DNA of 64,000 bases from Gammaproteobacteria bacterium (lineage in GTDB: Bacteria > Pseudomonadota > Gammaproteobacteria > SZUA-229). The stretch's first letter is position 1. Each line of letters begins with the position of its first letter. A program made the translations under genes and the position numbers. The stretch lies in NCBI GenBank assembly GCA_013041745.1, contig JABDRN010000028.1:59028-123027 (forward strand), given 5' to 3'. The notes below the pieces were generated by a model, which was not told the DNA's origin, made no database searches, and worked only from the letters and a program-made list of their open reading frames with translations. Below are positions 41,844 through 51,921 of the stretch, piece by piece.

Positions 41844-42614
41844 ATGTTTTCTCAGGTTCTTACCATCGCACGTTTCACCATCATCGAGTCATTGAGAAAT
41901 CGGCTGTTACTACTATCGTTTCTGGTGATCGGCATCAGCTTTGGCCTGGTGGAATTTATCGGTGACCTGGCTATTACCGAACACCGGGTTACACAGGTGG
42001 CTATCCTTGCTGCTTTTTTAAGGATGAGCGCAGTGGTGATCACTACCTTGTTTGTCGTTTCCAGTACGGTTCGAGAGCTACATGACAAAACACTGGAGAT
42101 GATCCTGGCGATGCCGATCCGCCGAGGCAGCTATTATCTTGGCAAGATGATCGGCTATTTCTATATCGCTGCATTAGTGGCTATTATTTTTGCCGTCCTG
42201 CTGTTGTTATATGCCGATCCTGAACAGATAGTGATATGGACCATATCGCTGTTCTTTGAACTTGTGCTGGTAGTCGCATTAAGCCTGGTCATGCTGTTCA
42301 CTTTCAACCAGGTGCCATCAGCATTGGCAGCGGTGTTTATCATTTACGGTGCATCACGTATCGTTACCTCGATTTTCCTGATGGCCAAGTACCCTATCAT
42401 TGCCCATACTTCGATCGCCCAGCAATTTATGGATAGCTTCATCGAGCTGCTCACATGGTTATTACCTGACTTGCACCGCTATACACAAACCGCCTGGCTG
42501 ACCTATAACACTGCTGACTGGAGTACGCTGTTGCCATTGCTTGGACAGACCGTTATCTACCTGATGTTCCTGTCATTTATCGCGTTGTTCGATTTCTACA
42601 GAAAGAATTTTTAG
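41844..42614 (+). CDS. ABC-2 family transporter permease
   Basis: Six TM, ABC-2/NosY-like topology. Confidence 0.6.
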   Translation: MFSQVLTIARFTIIESLRNRLLLLSFLVIGISFGLVEFIGDLAITEHRVTQVAILAAFLRMSAVVITTLFVVSSTVRELHDKTLEMILAMPIRRGSYYLGKMIGYFYIAALVAIIFAVLLLLYADPEQIVIWTISLFFELVLVVALSLVMLFTFNQVPSALAAVFIIYGASRIVTSIFLMAKYPIIAHTSIAQQFMDSFIELLTWLLPDLHRYTQTAWLTYNTADWSTLLPLLGQTVIYLMFLSFIALFDFYRKNF

Positions 42615-42622
42615 ATGAGCTA

Positions 42623-43372
42623 ATGCACTATAACCATTTCTTACATAAAGACAGGCCGTTAAGTGATGTCCCTCGGTCGGTTAAGAGATTGCTCTTGCTC
42701 ACACTGCTGATGCAGTTGACATGGCATAGTTTCCAGGAGCCGGTTGTGGCAAAGGCAAAAGACCTTGCGCCGCCGCTGTCGACGCGAACCTACGTCATGA
42801 GCTCGATGGGCGAGCCGATAGCAGCAGCAAAATTTCTTAACCTTTGGCTTCAGGCTTTTGACAATCAGCCCGGTGCCAGTATTCCGTTTTACAAGTTAAA
42901 CTACCCGCGGTTGACACAATGGCTGGATACTATCTTAGAGCTGGATCCAGAGGGGCATTACCCTATGCTGGTTGCGGCGAGGGTGTATGGCAGTGTTCAG
43001 AATCCGGAAAAACAACGAATAATGACGGATTACGTTTTCTACAAGTTTAACGAGAATCCAAATAAGTACTGGCGCTGGCTGGCGCACGTTATCATCACAG
43101 CCAAACATGAACTAAAAGATTATGATCTCGCCCTGAAATATGCCAATGCACTGGCGGAGAAAGCGACAGGTAAGAATGTCCCGTATTGGGCAAAGGATAT
43201 GAAGATCATCGTGCTCGAGGACATGGGTGAAGTAGAAGCCGCGAAGATCCTGGTCGGTGCCCTGATAGAGAGTAATGAGATTACAGACCCTTACGAATTG
43301 AATTTTTTGACCAATAAGATTAAAGTTTTAGAAGAAAAAGCGTTAAAAAAGCGACAAAGTGTTGAAAAATAG
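42623..43372 (+). CDS. Hypothetical protein (possibly TPR-like, helical)
   Basis: ORF only. Confidence 0.4.
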   Translation: MHYNHFLHKDRPLSDVPRSVKRLLLLTLLMQLTWHSFQEPVVAKAKDLAPPLSTRTYVMSSMGEPIAAAKFLNLWLQAFDNQPGASIPFYKLNYPRLTQWLDTILELDPEGHYPMLVAARVYGSVQNPEKQRIMTDYVFYKFNENPNKYWRWLAHVIITAKHELKDYDLALKYANALAEKATGKNVPYWAKDMKIIVLEDMGEVEAAKILVGALIESNEITDPYELNFLTNKIKVLEEKALKKRQSVEK

Positions 43373-43437
43373 ACAGAAATATAGCCACTAAGCTGGAAAA
43401 TTTACTGCAAATCCTTGTTTTATGAGCTATATAATGT

Positions 43438-43453
43438 TGGTATGGTAATTGCT
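43438..43453 (+). promoter_or_regulatory. Sigma54 promoter TGGTATGgtaaTTGCT upstream of the major pilin gene
   Basis: GG-N10-GC with TTGCT at -12; about 55 nt upstream of ATG 43521. Confidence 0.5.
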
Positions 43454-43520
43454 CTATCAATAATAAGAACAATAAATAATAACGCAATTTTAGACTGAGA
43501 TTAAATTCATGAGTAAAGTA

Positions 43521-44237
43521 ATGAAACAAAAAGGTTTTACGCTGATAGAGATTGCTATCGTTTTAGTCATCATCGGGTTGTTGCTCGGTGGTGTATTGAA
43601 AGGTCAGGAGCTTATCAATACTGCCAGGGTCCGTGCGTTGAATAATACGGTTGATGGTATTACTGCTGCCTGGTTCAGCTTTCAGGATCGCTATCGCGCA
43701 TTTCCTGGCGATTATACTCAGGCAACCGTAAATTTACCCAATAATGCTGGCCTGATTGTCGATGGTGATGGTAATGGACGTGTCGGTATCACCGGTGCAA
43801 ACACAGATTCACCTGCAGAGCGGGCGAATGTCTGGGTACAGCTTCAGGCAGCCGGTTATATCACAGGAAATTTTGATGCAGATGTAGCCAATGTCGCTAC
43901 TGCTCCAGAGTACGGCTGTTCGGTCGAGACCTGTCCAGATAATGGTTTCGGTGCCGGTATGAACCTGACTTTCGGTAATCAGATCCGGGGTGGTGCTGCA
44001 GCCCAGGATGAGCATGAGTTGATCACAGGTCGCGGTATTCCTGTAGAAGTGATAGCAGAGTTAGACCGAAAAGTTGATGATGGTGAGCCCGAAACCGGTG
44101 CCATGCAGCTGGGTGCTGGTGGCGTTGGCTGGGTAGCCGCTGAGTCTGATAACTGTCAACGTAATAATGCTGGTGTCAGCGTGTACGAACTGCAGGCGCC
44201 AAGTTCTAACTGTGCTGCCGTGTTTAGAAACTTTTAA
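43521..44237 (+). CDS. Type IV major pilin (MshA-like)
   Basis: MKQKG|FTLIEIAIVLVIIGLLLGG. The start is placed at the internal Met, giving a canonical 5-aa leader. Confidence 0.75.
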   Translation: MKQKGFTLIEIAIVLVIIGLLLGGVLKGQELINTARVRALNNTVDGITAAWFSFQDRYRAFPGDYTQATVNLPNNAGLIVDGDGNGRVGITGANTDSPAERANVWVQLQAAGYITGNFDADVANVATAPEYGCSVETCPDNGFGAGMNLTFGNQIRGGAAAQDEHELITGRGIPVEVIAELDRKVDDGEPETGAMQLGAGGVGWVAAESDNCQRNNAGVSVYELQAPSSNCAAVFRNF

Positions 44238-44275
44238 TTTAAAATATTATTATATTTAATAAAGGTATAATATTA

Positions 44276-44301
44276 AAAAGAGCCCAACGGGCTCTTTTTT
44301 T
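44276..44301 (+). terminator. Intrinsic terminator after the pilin gene
   Basis: GAGCCC-aac-GGGCTC followed by T7. Confidence 0.7.
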
Positions 44302-44312
44302 GTGTGCTGAAT

Positions 44313-45038
44313 ATGACGATAAAATGTGAACAAGTGGTTAAAAGCTATGCCGATAAAATCGTGCTGGATGGCATTGAGCTTGAGATAAAACAGGGAGAAT
44401 TTTCCAGCCTGGTAGGGATGAATGGTTGTGGCAAGTCGACCTTGATCAAGGCGATACTCGATCTTATCGGTATAGATAGCGGTGTGATCAGCATCGATGG
44501 CCGTTCGCATCGGACAGTAAATGCACGAGATAATATAGCATATCTGCCAGACCGGTTTTCGCCGCCGGTGCACCTGCGAGGTCAGGACTTTATCCAGTAT
44601 ATGCTGCGTCTGCATGGCAGTGACAGTAATAAGCAACAGATCGAAGAAATACTTGATGGCCTGGAGCTGGATAAGACAGTGATGCAGGAATCGGTGAATA
44701 AACTGTCTAAAGGGATGACCCAGAAACTGGGCCTGGCCTCTTGCCTGTTGAGCGGTAAATCTTTATTGATCCTCGATGAACCGATGAGCGGGCTTGATCC
44801 GCGCGCGCGTTTTCTGTTCAAGCAGCAGCTTGCGCAGTTGAAACAGCAGGGCGCAACCGTGTTCTTTAGCTCTCATGTGCTGGCCGATGTGGAAGAGATG
44901 GCTGATTCGATGGCAGTGCTCCACGATAGCAGGATATATTTTTCTGGAACACCAGATGATTTCAAGCGGCAATATCAGGCGGAGAATGTTGAGCAGGCTT
45001 ATATGAACTGTATCGAAGATAAACAAGCCTTCAGTTAG
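44313..45038 (+). CDS. ABC transporter ATP-binding protein
   Basis: Walker A GMNGCGKST, signature LSKGMTQK, Walker B LILDEPMSGLD. Confidence 0.8.
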   Translation: MTIKCEQVVKSYADKIVLDGIELEIKQGEFSSLVGMNGCGKSTLIKAILDLIGIDSGVISIDGRSHRTVNARDNIAYLPDRFSPPVHLRGQDFIQYMLRLHGSDSNKQQIEEILDGLELDKTVMQESVNKLSKGMTQKLGLASCLLSGKSLLILDEPMSGLDPRARFLFKQQLAQLKQQGATVFFSSHVLADVEEMADSMAVLHDSRIYFSGTPDDFKRQYQAENVEQAYMNCIEDKQAFS

Positions 45039-45089
45039 ACCAACCGATAGTCGAGCTTGCGCGATGCTATGTTCCTGACGTTTGCTGAC

Positions 45090-46502
45090 TTAAAGCTCGA
45101 GCTCCTTGATCTTTCTGGTCAGGGTGTTGCGTCCCCAGCCAAGTAATTTGGCAGCATCATTTTTTTTACCTTTGGTTTTTTGCAGTGCGGCTTCTATCAG
45201 TATCCCTTCCACCTGCGCGATAATCTTCGAAGCGATATTGGTTTCTCCCGATAGTAACTGTTGTTGCGCGGTGGTCGAAAGTATCTGCTTCCAGTCGCCA
45301 CCATTTTCAGCGTCGCTAATCTGGTCATTACTAAGAAGCTCGGCTGGCAGATCTGACAGGTGTACGGTTTGTCCGGAGGTCATGACTGCCAACCACTTAC
45401 AGGTATTCTCCAGTTGCCGAACATTGCCAGGCCAGTTGAGAGAAGTAAGGTATGCGATTGTTTCATCATCTATCGATTTGGGTTCCGCAGAATCGTCATC
45501 GATGGCCAGCTCTCTTACGGCACGCTGTAAGAACAGATTGAATAATCCCGGGATGTCCTCTTTACGCTCGCGTAGAGGTGGGAGCTGTATTCGGATGACA
45601 TTCAAGCGGTGGTAGAGATCTTCACGGAACAGTCCCTGCTTGACATTCTCTTCCAGATTCTGATGTGTTGCAGCGATAACACGAACATTGACCTTGATCG
45701 GGGTATGCCCGCCGACTCGATAGAAAACACCATCGGCCAGTACGCGTAACAGGCGAGTCTGCAACTCAGCAGGCATATCGCCGATCTCATCGAGAAACAA
45801 TGTGCCGCCATCTGCCTGTTCGAAACGGCCTTTTCGTAATGCCTGTGCACCGGTAAAAGCCCCTTTTTCATGACCGAATAACTCTGACTCTAACAGTTCT
45901 TTAGGTATAGCGGCGGTGTTCAATGCAATAAAAGCGTTATTGGCGCGTGGACTGTGTTTGTGCAGTGACAGTGCGACGAGTTCTTTACCGGTACCGGATT
46001 CGCCCGTAATCAGGACACTGATGACCGACTTTGACAAGCGCCCGATAGTACGAAAAACCTCCTGCATGGCAGGAGCTGCACCTATGATCTCTGGTCCTTC
46101 CTGATTGCTGTAGAGGTCGCTGCTGCTGTCCAGCTTTTTCTTGCACGCACGCTGAGCGACCTCAATGGCATCATCGATATCAAAAGGTTTTGGCAGGTAT
46201 TCAAATGCCCCTCCCTGGTAAGCAGAAACCGCACTATCAAGGTCTGTGTGTGCAGTCATGATAATGACTGGCAGGTCAGGGTGATCTGTCGAAAGCTGGG
46301 ATAATAACTCCAGGCCATCGATACCAGGCATACGTACATCAGTGATGATGGCGTCGGGCGTCTCCTGTTGTAGCCTCTGTAATATGGTATTGGCATTATC
46401 AAAACTGGTCACGATGAAGCCGGCACCTTCGAGTGCTTTCTGTAACACCCATCGAATTGAGTCGTCATCGTCAATGATCCAGATGTGATTCTGTGCAGTC
46501 AT
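45090..46502 (-). CDS. ntrC: Nitrogen regulation protein NR(I), NtrC/GlnG
   Basis: Receiver [14 protein letters not shown], sigma54 AAA+ ([21 protein letters not shown]) and HTH; sits downstream of ntrB and glnA. Confidence 0.9.
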   Translation of the reverse strand: MTAQNHIWIIDDDDSIRWVLQKALEGAGFIVTSFDNANTILQRLQQETPDAIITDVRMPGIDGLELLSQLSTDHPDLPVIIMTAHTDLDSAVSAYQGGAFEYLPKPFDIDDAIEVAQRACKKKLDSSSDLYSNQEGPEIIGAAPAMQEVFRTIGRLSKSVISVLITGESGTGKELVALSLHKHSPRANNAFIALNTAAIPKELLESELFGHEKGAFTGAQALRKGRFEQADGGTLFLDEIGDMPAELQTRLLRVLADGVFYRVGGHTPIKVNVRVIAATHQNLEENVKQGLFREDLYHRLNVIRIQLPPLRERKEDIPGLFNLFLQRAVRELAIDDDSAEPKSIDDETIAYLTSLNWPGNVRQLENTCKWLAVMTSGQTVHLSDLPAELLSNDQISDAENGGDWKQILSTTAQQQLLSGETNIASKIIAQVEGILIEAALQKTKGKKNDAAKLLGWGRNTLTRKIKELEL

Positions 46503-47593
46503 TAATCTGCTCCATTATGTATATTTATAGGTAATAAAATCGTAAAAATAGTTTTATCTGGCTGGCTGGTAAACTCGATTAAACCATTGTGTTGCTGTAC
46601 CAGAGATTGTGCTATTGATAAACCGAGGCCTGTGCCTTCGGCATGCCCTGTGATCATGGGCATAAATATTTTTTCATGTAACTCTTCAGGTACGCCGCTG
46701 CCGTTGTCTTCGATTTCTATCTTTGCGACAAGGGCGTGAGTTTGAGTCCCGATCGTACAGTTCCGCTGTGCTCGTGTCCGATAGATGATCTTGCCATCAG
46801 AAGAGCCATCAGTGTTAGAGGTGATCGCTTTAACTGCGTTCCGCGTAATATTGAGTATCACCTGAATTATCATAGACTCATCAGCGTTCAACTCAGGGAT
46901 ACTGGGGTCGTAGTCTGCAACGACAGATACCTCATCATTCTCAGCGAGAACAAGTTTTCTGACGTGTTCCAGAATTTTATGAATATTGGTATCACTTTTC
47001 GTGGGAATATCTTTAGGGCCGACCATCCGGTCCAGCAGGTTTTTTAAGCGGTCGGCCTCATTGATAATGATCTGGGTAAACTGTTTGTTATCTTCATCGG
47101 TCAGCTCTCTTTCAAGCAGTTGGGCAGCACCTCGAATACCACCCAGAGGATTCTTGATCTCATGAGCCAGTCCGCGTAACAGGGATTTGCTGGCTTCATA
47201 CTGGCTGAGGATGCTGTCCTCATGTGAATGCTTATGCTGTGAATTTATGCGTATGAACTCTAGTAATAAATATTTACCTTCGCTCATATATTCTATCGGA
47301 GAAACGGAATAGTCTACCTCTATTGTCTTCTGGTTATGTAACAGCAGCTCACTTTCATAAACCGTATAAGGGTGGTTGGAAATCACCGACCGCTCCAGGC
47401 GGTCAAAAAACTCATATTCTTCGATGACCAGCTCACGTATATTTTTTTCCATCGCACGGTTGTTACTGACGTGGAAGAGCATCTCGGCTGCAGGATTAAT
47501 GCAGACGATCCGTAGGTCCTCGCCGATGACAATAACAGCAGAGTGCAGGTTATCGATGATTGTTTGTGGCGATTTATATTCTGTAGAAACCAT
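46502..47593 (-). CDS. ntrB: Nitrogen regulation sensor kinase NR(II), NtrB/GlnL
   Basis: PAS N-terminus, H-box HEIKNPLGGIRGAAQLL and HATPase_c. Stop overlaps the ntrC start. Confidence 0.9.
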   Translation of the reverse strand: MVSTEYKSPQTIIDNLHSAVIVIGEDLRIVCINPAAEMLFHVSNNRAMEKNIRELVIEEYEFFDRLERSVISNHPYTVYESELLLHNQKTIEVDYSVSPIEYMSEGKYLLLEFIRINSQHKHSHEDSILSQYEASKSLLRGLAHEIKNPLGGIRGAAQLLERELTDEDNKQFTQIIINEADRLKNLLDRMVGPKDIPTKSDTNIHKILEHVRKLVLAENDEVSVVADYDPSIPELNADESMIIQVILNITRNAVKAITSNTDGSSDGKIIYRTRAQRNCTIGTQTHALVAKIEIEDNGSGVPEELHEKIFMPMITGHAEGTGLGLSIAQSLVQQHNGLIEFTSQPDKTIFTILLPINIHNGAD

Positions 47594-47723
47594 AATGTAT
47601 GTGATGCAATAACCGAACCAATTTTCAGAAAAGAATAAAAATATTTTATATTCTTATTTTTCAATGTGTTAGTGTGTCGATAAGGTGTCGAACTAACAGA
47701 TCAAATGGAAAGGCACATTCTAG

Positions 47724-47742
47724 CGCACCAACATGGTGCATG
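47724..47742. promoter_or_regulatory. NtrC-type dyad GCGCACCAacaTGGTGCATGC upstream of ntrB
   Basis: Matches the TGCACCA-N3-TGGTGCA consensus. Position is analogous to the NtrC-repressed glnL promoter in E. coli. Confidence 0.5.
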
Positions 47743-47781
47743 CCAGTGATTCTACAGTTTTGCTGATTTTCAGGCTGCGGA

Positions 47782-48327
47782 TTAGCGGGCCTGTCTTCTT
47801 ACCACAGTGTTTTTTATATGAATTGTAACGGGCTTGGTTCGCTTGATGATCTTGCCCTTTTTATTGCGGATCTGCGCCTGCAGGGTGTGTTGACCACGAT
47901 CAGAGCGGCCTATCTGTAATAACAGGCTCTGGCTGTTCTTTACGATTGGTTTACCATCCATCAACAGCCAGGTGGTATGGCCTTCTTCGGTACTCAGCGC
48001 CGGGGTCAGTTTGAGAGAGACCATCAGGTCAGGCTCGTTCCATATCGTCTGGTCGTTTACGGGTGCGCTGATACTGAATTTTGTGTATTTTGTCTCTGCT
48101 GCTTTTTCTTCTTTGACAACTTCTTCCTTTGGCGGTACCTTGAGCGGATCAACGACAGTTATCGCAGGAGGGGTAAACTGTTCTGAGTTTTCAAATGGCT
48201 TATCAGAATAGATGACGTTGCCTTCTTCATCCAGGCCTTTGTATAGTCCGGCGCTGATGCTTGATGCGTAAAAAATGGCGGTGATCAGGAAATATTTAAA
48301 CAGGGGAGTTCTCATGGCATCAAGCAT
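47782..48327 (-). CDS. DUF4124-like secreted protein between glnA and ntrB
   Basis: Signal peptide with a conserved LYKGLDEEGNVIYSDKP motif. Confidence 0.5.
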   Translation of the reverse strand: MLDAMRTPLFKYFLITAIFYASSISAGLYKGLDEEGNVIYSDKPFENSEQFTPPAITVVDPLKVPPKEEVVKEEKAAETKYTKFSISAPVNDQTIWNEPDLMVSLKLTPALSTEEGHTTWLLMDGKPIVKNSQSLLLQIGRSDRGQHTLQAQIRNKKGKIIKRTKPVTIHIKNTVVRRQAR

Positions 48328-48350
48328 AGCTTTCTATCGCTGTCACTGCA

Positions 48351-48383
48351 ATAAAAAAGCCCCGCATAAGTATGCGGGGCTTT
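48351..48383. terminator. Bidirectional intrinsic terminator downstream of glnA
   Basis: A6, then GCCCCGCA-taagta-TGCGGGGC, then T5. Confidence 0.8.
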
Positions 48384-48429
48384 TTGCTGTCAGACTGATA
48401 ACACCCCCGTTTCCGAGGGAGTGATTGAT

Positions 48430-49839
48430 TTACACGCTGTAGTACATATCGAACTCACAAGGATGTACCGATGCGCGGTAACGCTGGACTTCTTCGCTCT
48501 TCAAGTCAATGAAACCGTCGATCATGTCATCATCGAAGACACCGCCTTCGGTCAGGAATGCGCGATCTTCGTCCAGTGCTTTTAAAGCTTCATCAAATGA
48601 GAAAGCAACCTGTGGGATTTTGGCTTCTTCTTCTGGTGGCAGGTCATACAGGTCTTTGTCTGCAGCCGCACCTGGATCGATCTTGTTCCTGATACCGTCA
48701 AGGCCGGCCATCAGCATCGCTGCGAAACACAGGTATGGGTTAGCTGTATTATCACCGAAACGCACCTCGATACGGCGTGCTTTAGGGCTGGATACGTGAG
48801 GGATACGGATAGAGGCAGAACGGTTACGAGCAGAATATGCCAGCATAACAGGCGCTTCAAAACCGGGTACCAGGCGTTTGTAACTGTTGGTCGAAGCATT
48901 AGCGAATGCATTCAGCGCTTTGGCATGTTTGATGATGCCGCCGATGTAATACAGTGCTGTCTGAGACAGGCCGCCGTAGAGGTCACCAGAGAATGTATTT
49001 TCTCCGTCTTTGAAGATCGACTGGTGAACGTGCATACCGTTACCGTTATCACCGACCATCGGTTTTGGCATGAAAGTCGCGGTCTTTCCGTATGCATGCG
49101 CCACGTTGTGTACGACATATTTGTAGATCTGAACTTCGTCAGCTTTACGCACCATGGTGTTGAACAGCGCGCCGATCTCACACTGGCCTGCTGTTCCCAC
49201 TTCATGGTGGTGTACTTCTGTTTTACATCCCATGTCTTCCATAACCAGGCACATAGAAGATCGCAGGTCCTGCAATGAGTCTATCGGAGGAACCGGGAAG
49301 TAACCGCCTTTGACACCAGGACGGTGGCCCATGTTGTTGCCGTCGTAATCTTTACCAGTGTTCCAGGCGGCTTCTTCGGATTCGATCTTATAGAACACAC
49401 CGCCCATCTCGTCGCCCCACTGGACACCGTCGAAAACAAAGAACTCGTTTTCAGGACCGAAGTAAGCCGCATCGCCGATGCCGGTAGACTTCAGGTAAGC
49501 TTCAGCACGTTTCGCGATAGAGCGTGGGTCGCGGTTGTAGCCGGTCATGTCAGTCGGTTCGATGATATCGCATGTGATATTCATGGTGACTTCTTCACAG
49601 AACGGGTCGATAACCTGGGAATCACAGTCTGGCATCAGGATCATGTCAGATGCGTTAATACCTTTCCAGCCCTGAATTGACGAGCCGTCGAACATCTTGC
49701 CTTCGGTCAGACTGTCTTCATCAACGGTGTGTGACGGTACAGAAACGTGCTGTTCTTTACCCTGGGTATCAGTAAAACGAAAATCGACGAATTTAACGTC
49801 TTTTTCCTTAATCATATTTATAACGTCAGTTGCAGACAT
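48430..49839 (-). CDS. glnA: Glutamine synthetase type I
   Basis: Full-length GSI with conserved motifs including the adenylylation-site region (NLYDLPPEE). Confidence 0.95.
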   Translation of the reverse strand: MSATDVINMIKEKDVKFVDFRFTDTQGKEQHVSVPSHTVDEDSLTEGKMFDGSSIQGWKGINASDMILMPDCDSQVIDPFCEEVTMNITCDIIEPTDMTGYNRDPRSIAKRAEAYLKSTGIGDAAYFGPENEFFVFDGVQWGDEMGGVFYKIESEEAAWNTGKDYDGNNMGHRPGVKGGYFPVPPIDSLQDLRSSMCLVMEDMGCKTEVHHHEVGTAGQCEIGALFNTMVRKADEVQIYKYVVHNVAHAYGKTATFMPKPMVGDNGNGMHVHQSIFKDGENTFSGDLYGGLSQTALYYIGGIIKHAKALNAFANASTNSYKRLVPGFEAPVMLAYSARNRSASIRIPHVSSPKARRIEVRFGDNTANPYLCFAAMLMAGLDGIRNKIDPGAAADKDLYDLPPEEEAKIPQVAFSFDEALKALDEDRAFLTEGGVFDDDMIDGFIDLKSEEVQRYRASVHPCEFDMYYSV

Positions 49840-49966
49840 TTTTAGAGCCTCTAGATAGTATTGATAAGTATTCCGCGCAGAGTACTAAATTTGCCTATAG
49901 GGTCGCTGTGCGGCATGTTTTGTTTTATGTTTATCCGGAGACTGGCAGAGATCCGGCCCGGATAAA

Positions 49967-50059
49967 AGGACCTTTAATCAACCCTGTTTTTTCTGGTGGC
50001 GACCGTCGACAGATAGCAGCGAGTCGTCGATCAGCAACAGGGCTCATCAAAGGTCCTTT
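49967..50059. repeat. About 93-bp imperfect inverted-repeat element in the glnA upstream region
   Basis: AAAGGACCTTTAATCAACCCTG at 49967-49988 and CAGGGCTCATCAAAGGTCCTTT at 50038-50059. Arms match 19 of 22. Each end is itself an 11-bp palindrome AAAGGWCCTTT. Confidence 0.45.
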
Positions 50060-50169
50060 GTTAACAAGGGGTGATTTTGCACGAAAGCGTTCAATAATGG
50101 AAACCCCATATTAAGTGCCATCGTGCGATGTAACTAAAAAAAGTAACAGGCAGATGGCACAGACTTTCA

Positions 50170-50190
50170 TGCGCACCAATGTGGTGCGCA
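50170..50190. promoter_or_regulatory. NtrC-type dyad TGCGCACCAatgTGGTGCGCA (glnA upstream activating site)
   Basis: Perfect 9-3-9 palindrome matching the NtrC consensus. About 330 bp upstream of the glnA start and abutting the CDF stop codon. Confidence 0.55.
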
Positions 50191-51333
50191 TCAGTAAAAT
50201 TGTAGCTTGCACTCACCGACCGATCCGACTTGTTTCGTTGCCTCATAAAATTCTTTCTGCAAAGAAGGCACGTCTTCGATCTTGTTGAGAAATTTATATG
50301 GTAAGCCGGCTTCGACGCTGATATGCCCATCCAGGTAGTGCAGGGTTATGTCATCAATATTTTTCAAGGTCTCATGTTTTGACCATTCCTGGTTCAGCGC
50401 CAGCAGTAATTCACTGCGAAGCGGTAAGTTTTTACAGCTTGCCGCACTCTCATCGTCTTCCGGATCAATATGGACAGTGACATCGTTGACTTCATCAAAC
50501 TTCTCTATTAATGCGGTCTCGACGCTCTCAGAGATATGGTGACCTTCCGAAACACTCAGTTTGGGCGATACCTGTATATGTACATCAACCAATGCATTGT
50601 GTCCCATACGGCGGCTGCGTAATAGATGCAATTCACGGACATCATCGATATCCAGAATAGTGTTTTTTATCTGTTCGACCATCTCTGGTTCCAGTGCTGT
50701 ATCGACCAGCTCCTGTACACTCTGCCGGCTCAGGTCGAGCCCGATCTTGCCGATCATCAGGGCGACAATAATTGCAGCGATGGCATCGACCAGCGGATAA
50801 CCGATAAAGGTGGCGCCGATACCGAAGAGTACGACGATCGAGGAAACTGCATCACTGCGGTGATGCCAGGCATTTGCCTCGAGTAACGGCGATCGGATCT
50901 TATGCGCGACGGCACGTGTCGCATGATACAGGGCTTCATTGCTAAGGATAGAAATAGCAGCAATAATCAGGGTGAAAGATGCTGGTATGGCGATATCTTC
51001 CGGATTTTCCAGACGCAGTATGGCGTCATAAGCGATGCCACCGGCAACACCCATCAACAAGATGCCGAGCGCCACGGTGGCGAGCGTTTCATAACGGCCA
51101 TGACCATAAGGGTGGTCTTCGTCTGCGTCTTCACCGGCATGCTTGGCAGCGACCAGTACCATGGCATCGCTGGCAAGGTCAGAGAGCGAGTGGATGCCAT
51201 CAGCGAGCAGGGCCTGCGACTGCCCCATGATACCGCCAACTGTTTTGATCACGGCGAGGAACAGGTTTACGGCTACGCCCCAGAGGGTGATACGGTTGGT
51301 TTCCTTTTTGCGCTGCTCGATAGAAATTTCCAT
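50191..51333 (-). CDS. Cation diffusion facilitator (CDF) transporter with an extra C-terminal domain of about 80 aa
   Basis: Six TM with the metal-site motif HSLSDLASD...; the cytoplasmic CTD is followed by an additional Cys-containing tail. Confidence 0.75.
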   Translation of the reverse strand: MEISIEQRKKETNRITLWGVAVNLFLAVIKTVGGIMGQSQALLADGIHSLSDLASDAMVLVAAKHAGEDADEDHPYGHGRYETLATVALGILLMGVAGGIAYDAILRLENPEDIAIPASFTLIIAAISILSNEALYHATRAVAHKIRSPLLEANAWHHRSDAVSSIVVLFGIGATFIGYPLVDAIAAIIVALMIGKIGLDLSRQSVQELVDTALEPEMVEQIKNTILDIDDVRELHLLRSRRMGHNALVDVHIQVSPKLSVSEGHHISESVETALIEKFDEVNDVTVHIDPEDDESAASCKNLPLRSELLLALNQEWSKHETLKNIDDITLHYLDGHISVEAGLPYKFLNKIEDVPSLQKEFYEATKQVGSVGECKLQFY

Positions 51334-51372
51334 GGCCTTATTTTGATTGCCGGGGATTGATGGTGCAAGTAC

Positions 51373-51891
51373 TTATTGAGGTTTTATCTTTTTCAGACCG
51401 TTATTCAGAGCATCTTCAATATATCCGCCATATAGGTCTAATGTATTTATACCCAGAATACGTTGCGATACTTCGTTGCCATCGCCGTCGAAAAATAAAA
51501 TAGTCGGTGTCAGTACAACGTCTATATCTCTGGCAAAAACATCGGGAGTCGTATTATTACCGGAAAAATCGATTATCGTCTGATAACTGTCGAGATCGAT
51601 CTTACGTATCAGTACGATCCCGGAATAATAATCATTGCGCAACATAGGCTTGATGAACTCTTCTTCCAGCAGATCGCAATAACCGCAGTAACTGGCGGAG
51701 ACTTCCAGCATGATTATTTTGTTTTCTTCGCGAGCCACTTTTGCCAGGCTCGAAAAATCTGTTGCATACTGGATGACCACATGAGGCAATATATCTTCCT
51801 CATCTTCCAGTTCATAGGCATCATACGTTTCGTTGGCCGATGACATTGATGGATATATTTGCAACAGCAAGATGAAAATAAGGTGTTTCAT
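51373..51891 (-). CDS. Periplasmic thioredoxin-fold protein
   Basis: Signal peptide; CGYC active-site motif. Confidence 0.6.
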   Translation of the reverse strand: MKHLIFILLLQIYPSMSSANETYDAYELEDEEDILPHVVIQYATDFSSLAKVAREENKIIMLEVSASYCGYCDLLEEEFIKPMLRNDYYSGIVLIRKIDLDSYQTIIDFSGNNTTPDVFARDIDVVLTPTILFFDGDGNEVSQRILGINTLDLYGGYIEDALNNGLKKIKPQ

Positions 51892-51921
51892 GGTGAAGAT
51901 ATTGCTACCTGGAGATGTATA

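Noticed and set aside
50155-50172. TGGCACagactTTCAT sigma54-like string next to the glnA NtrC site
   Set aside because: The -12 element lacks the GC, and it is on the plus strand pointing into the 3' end of the convergent CDF gene, the wrong orientation for glnA.
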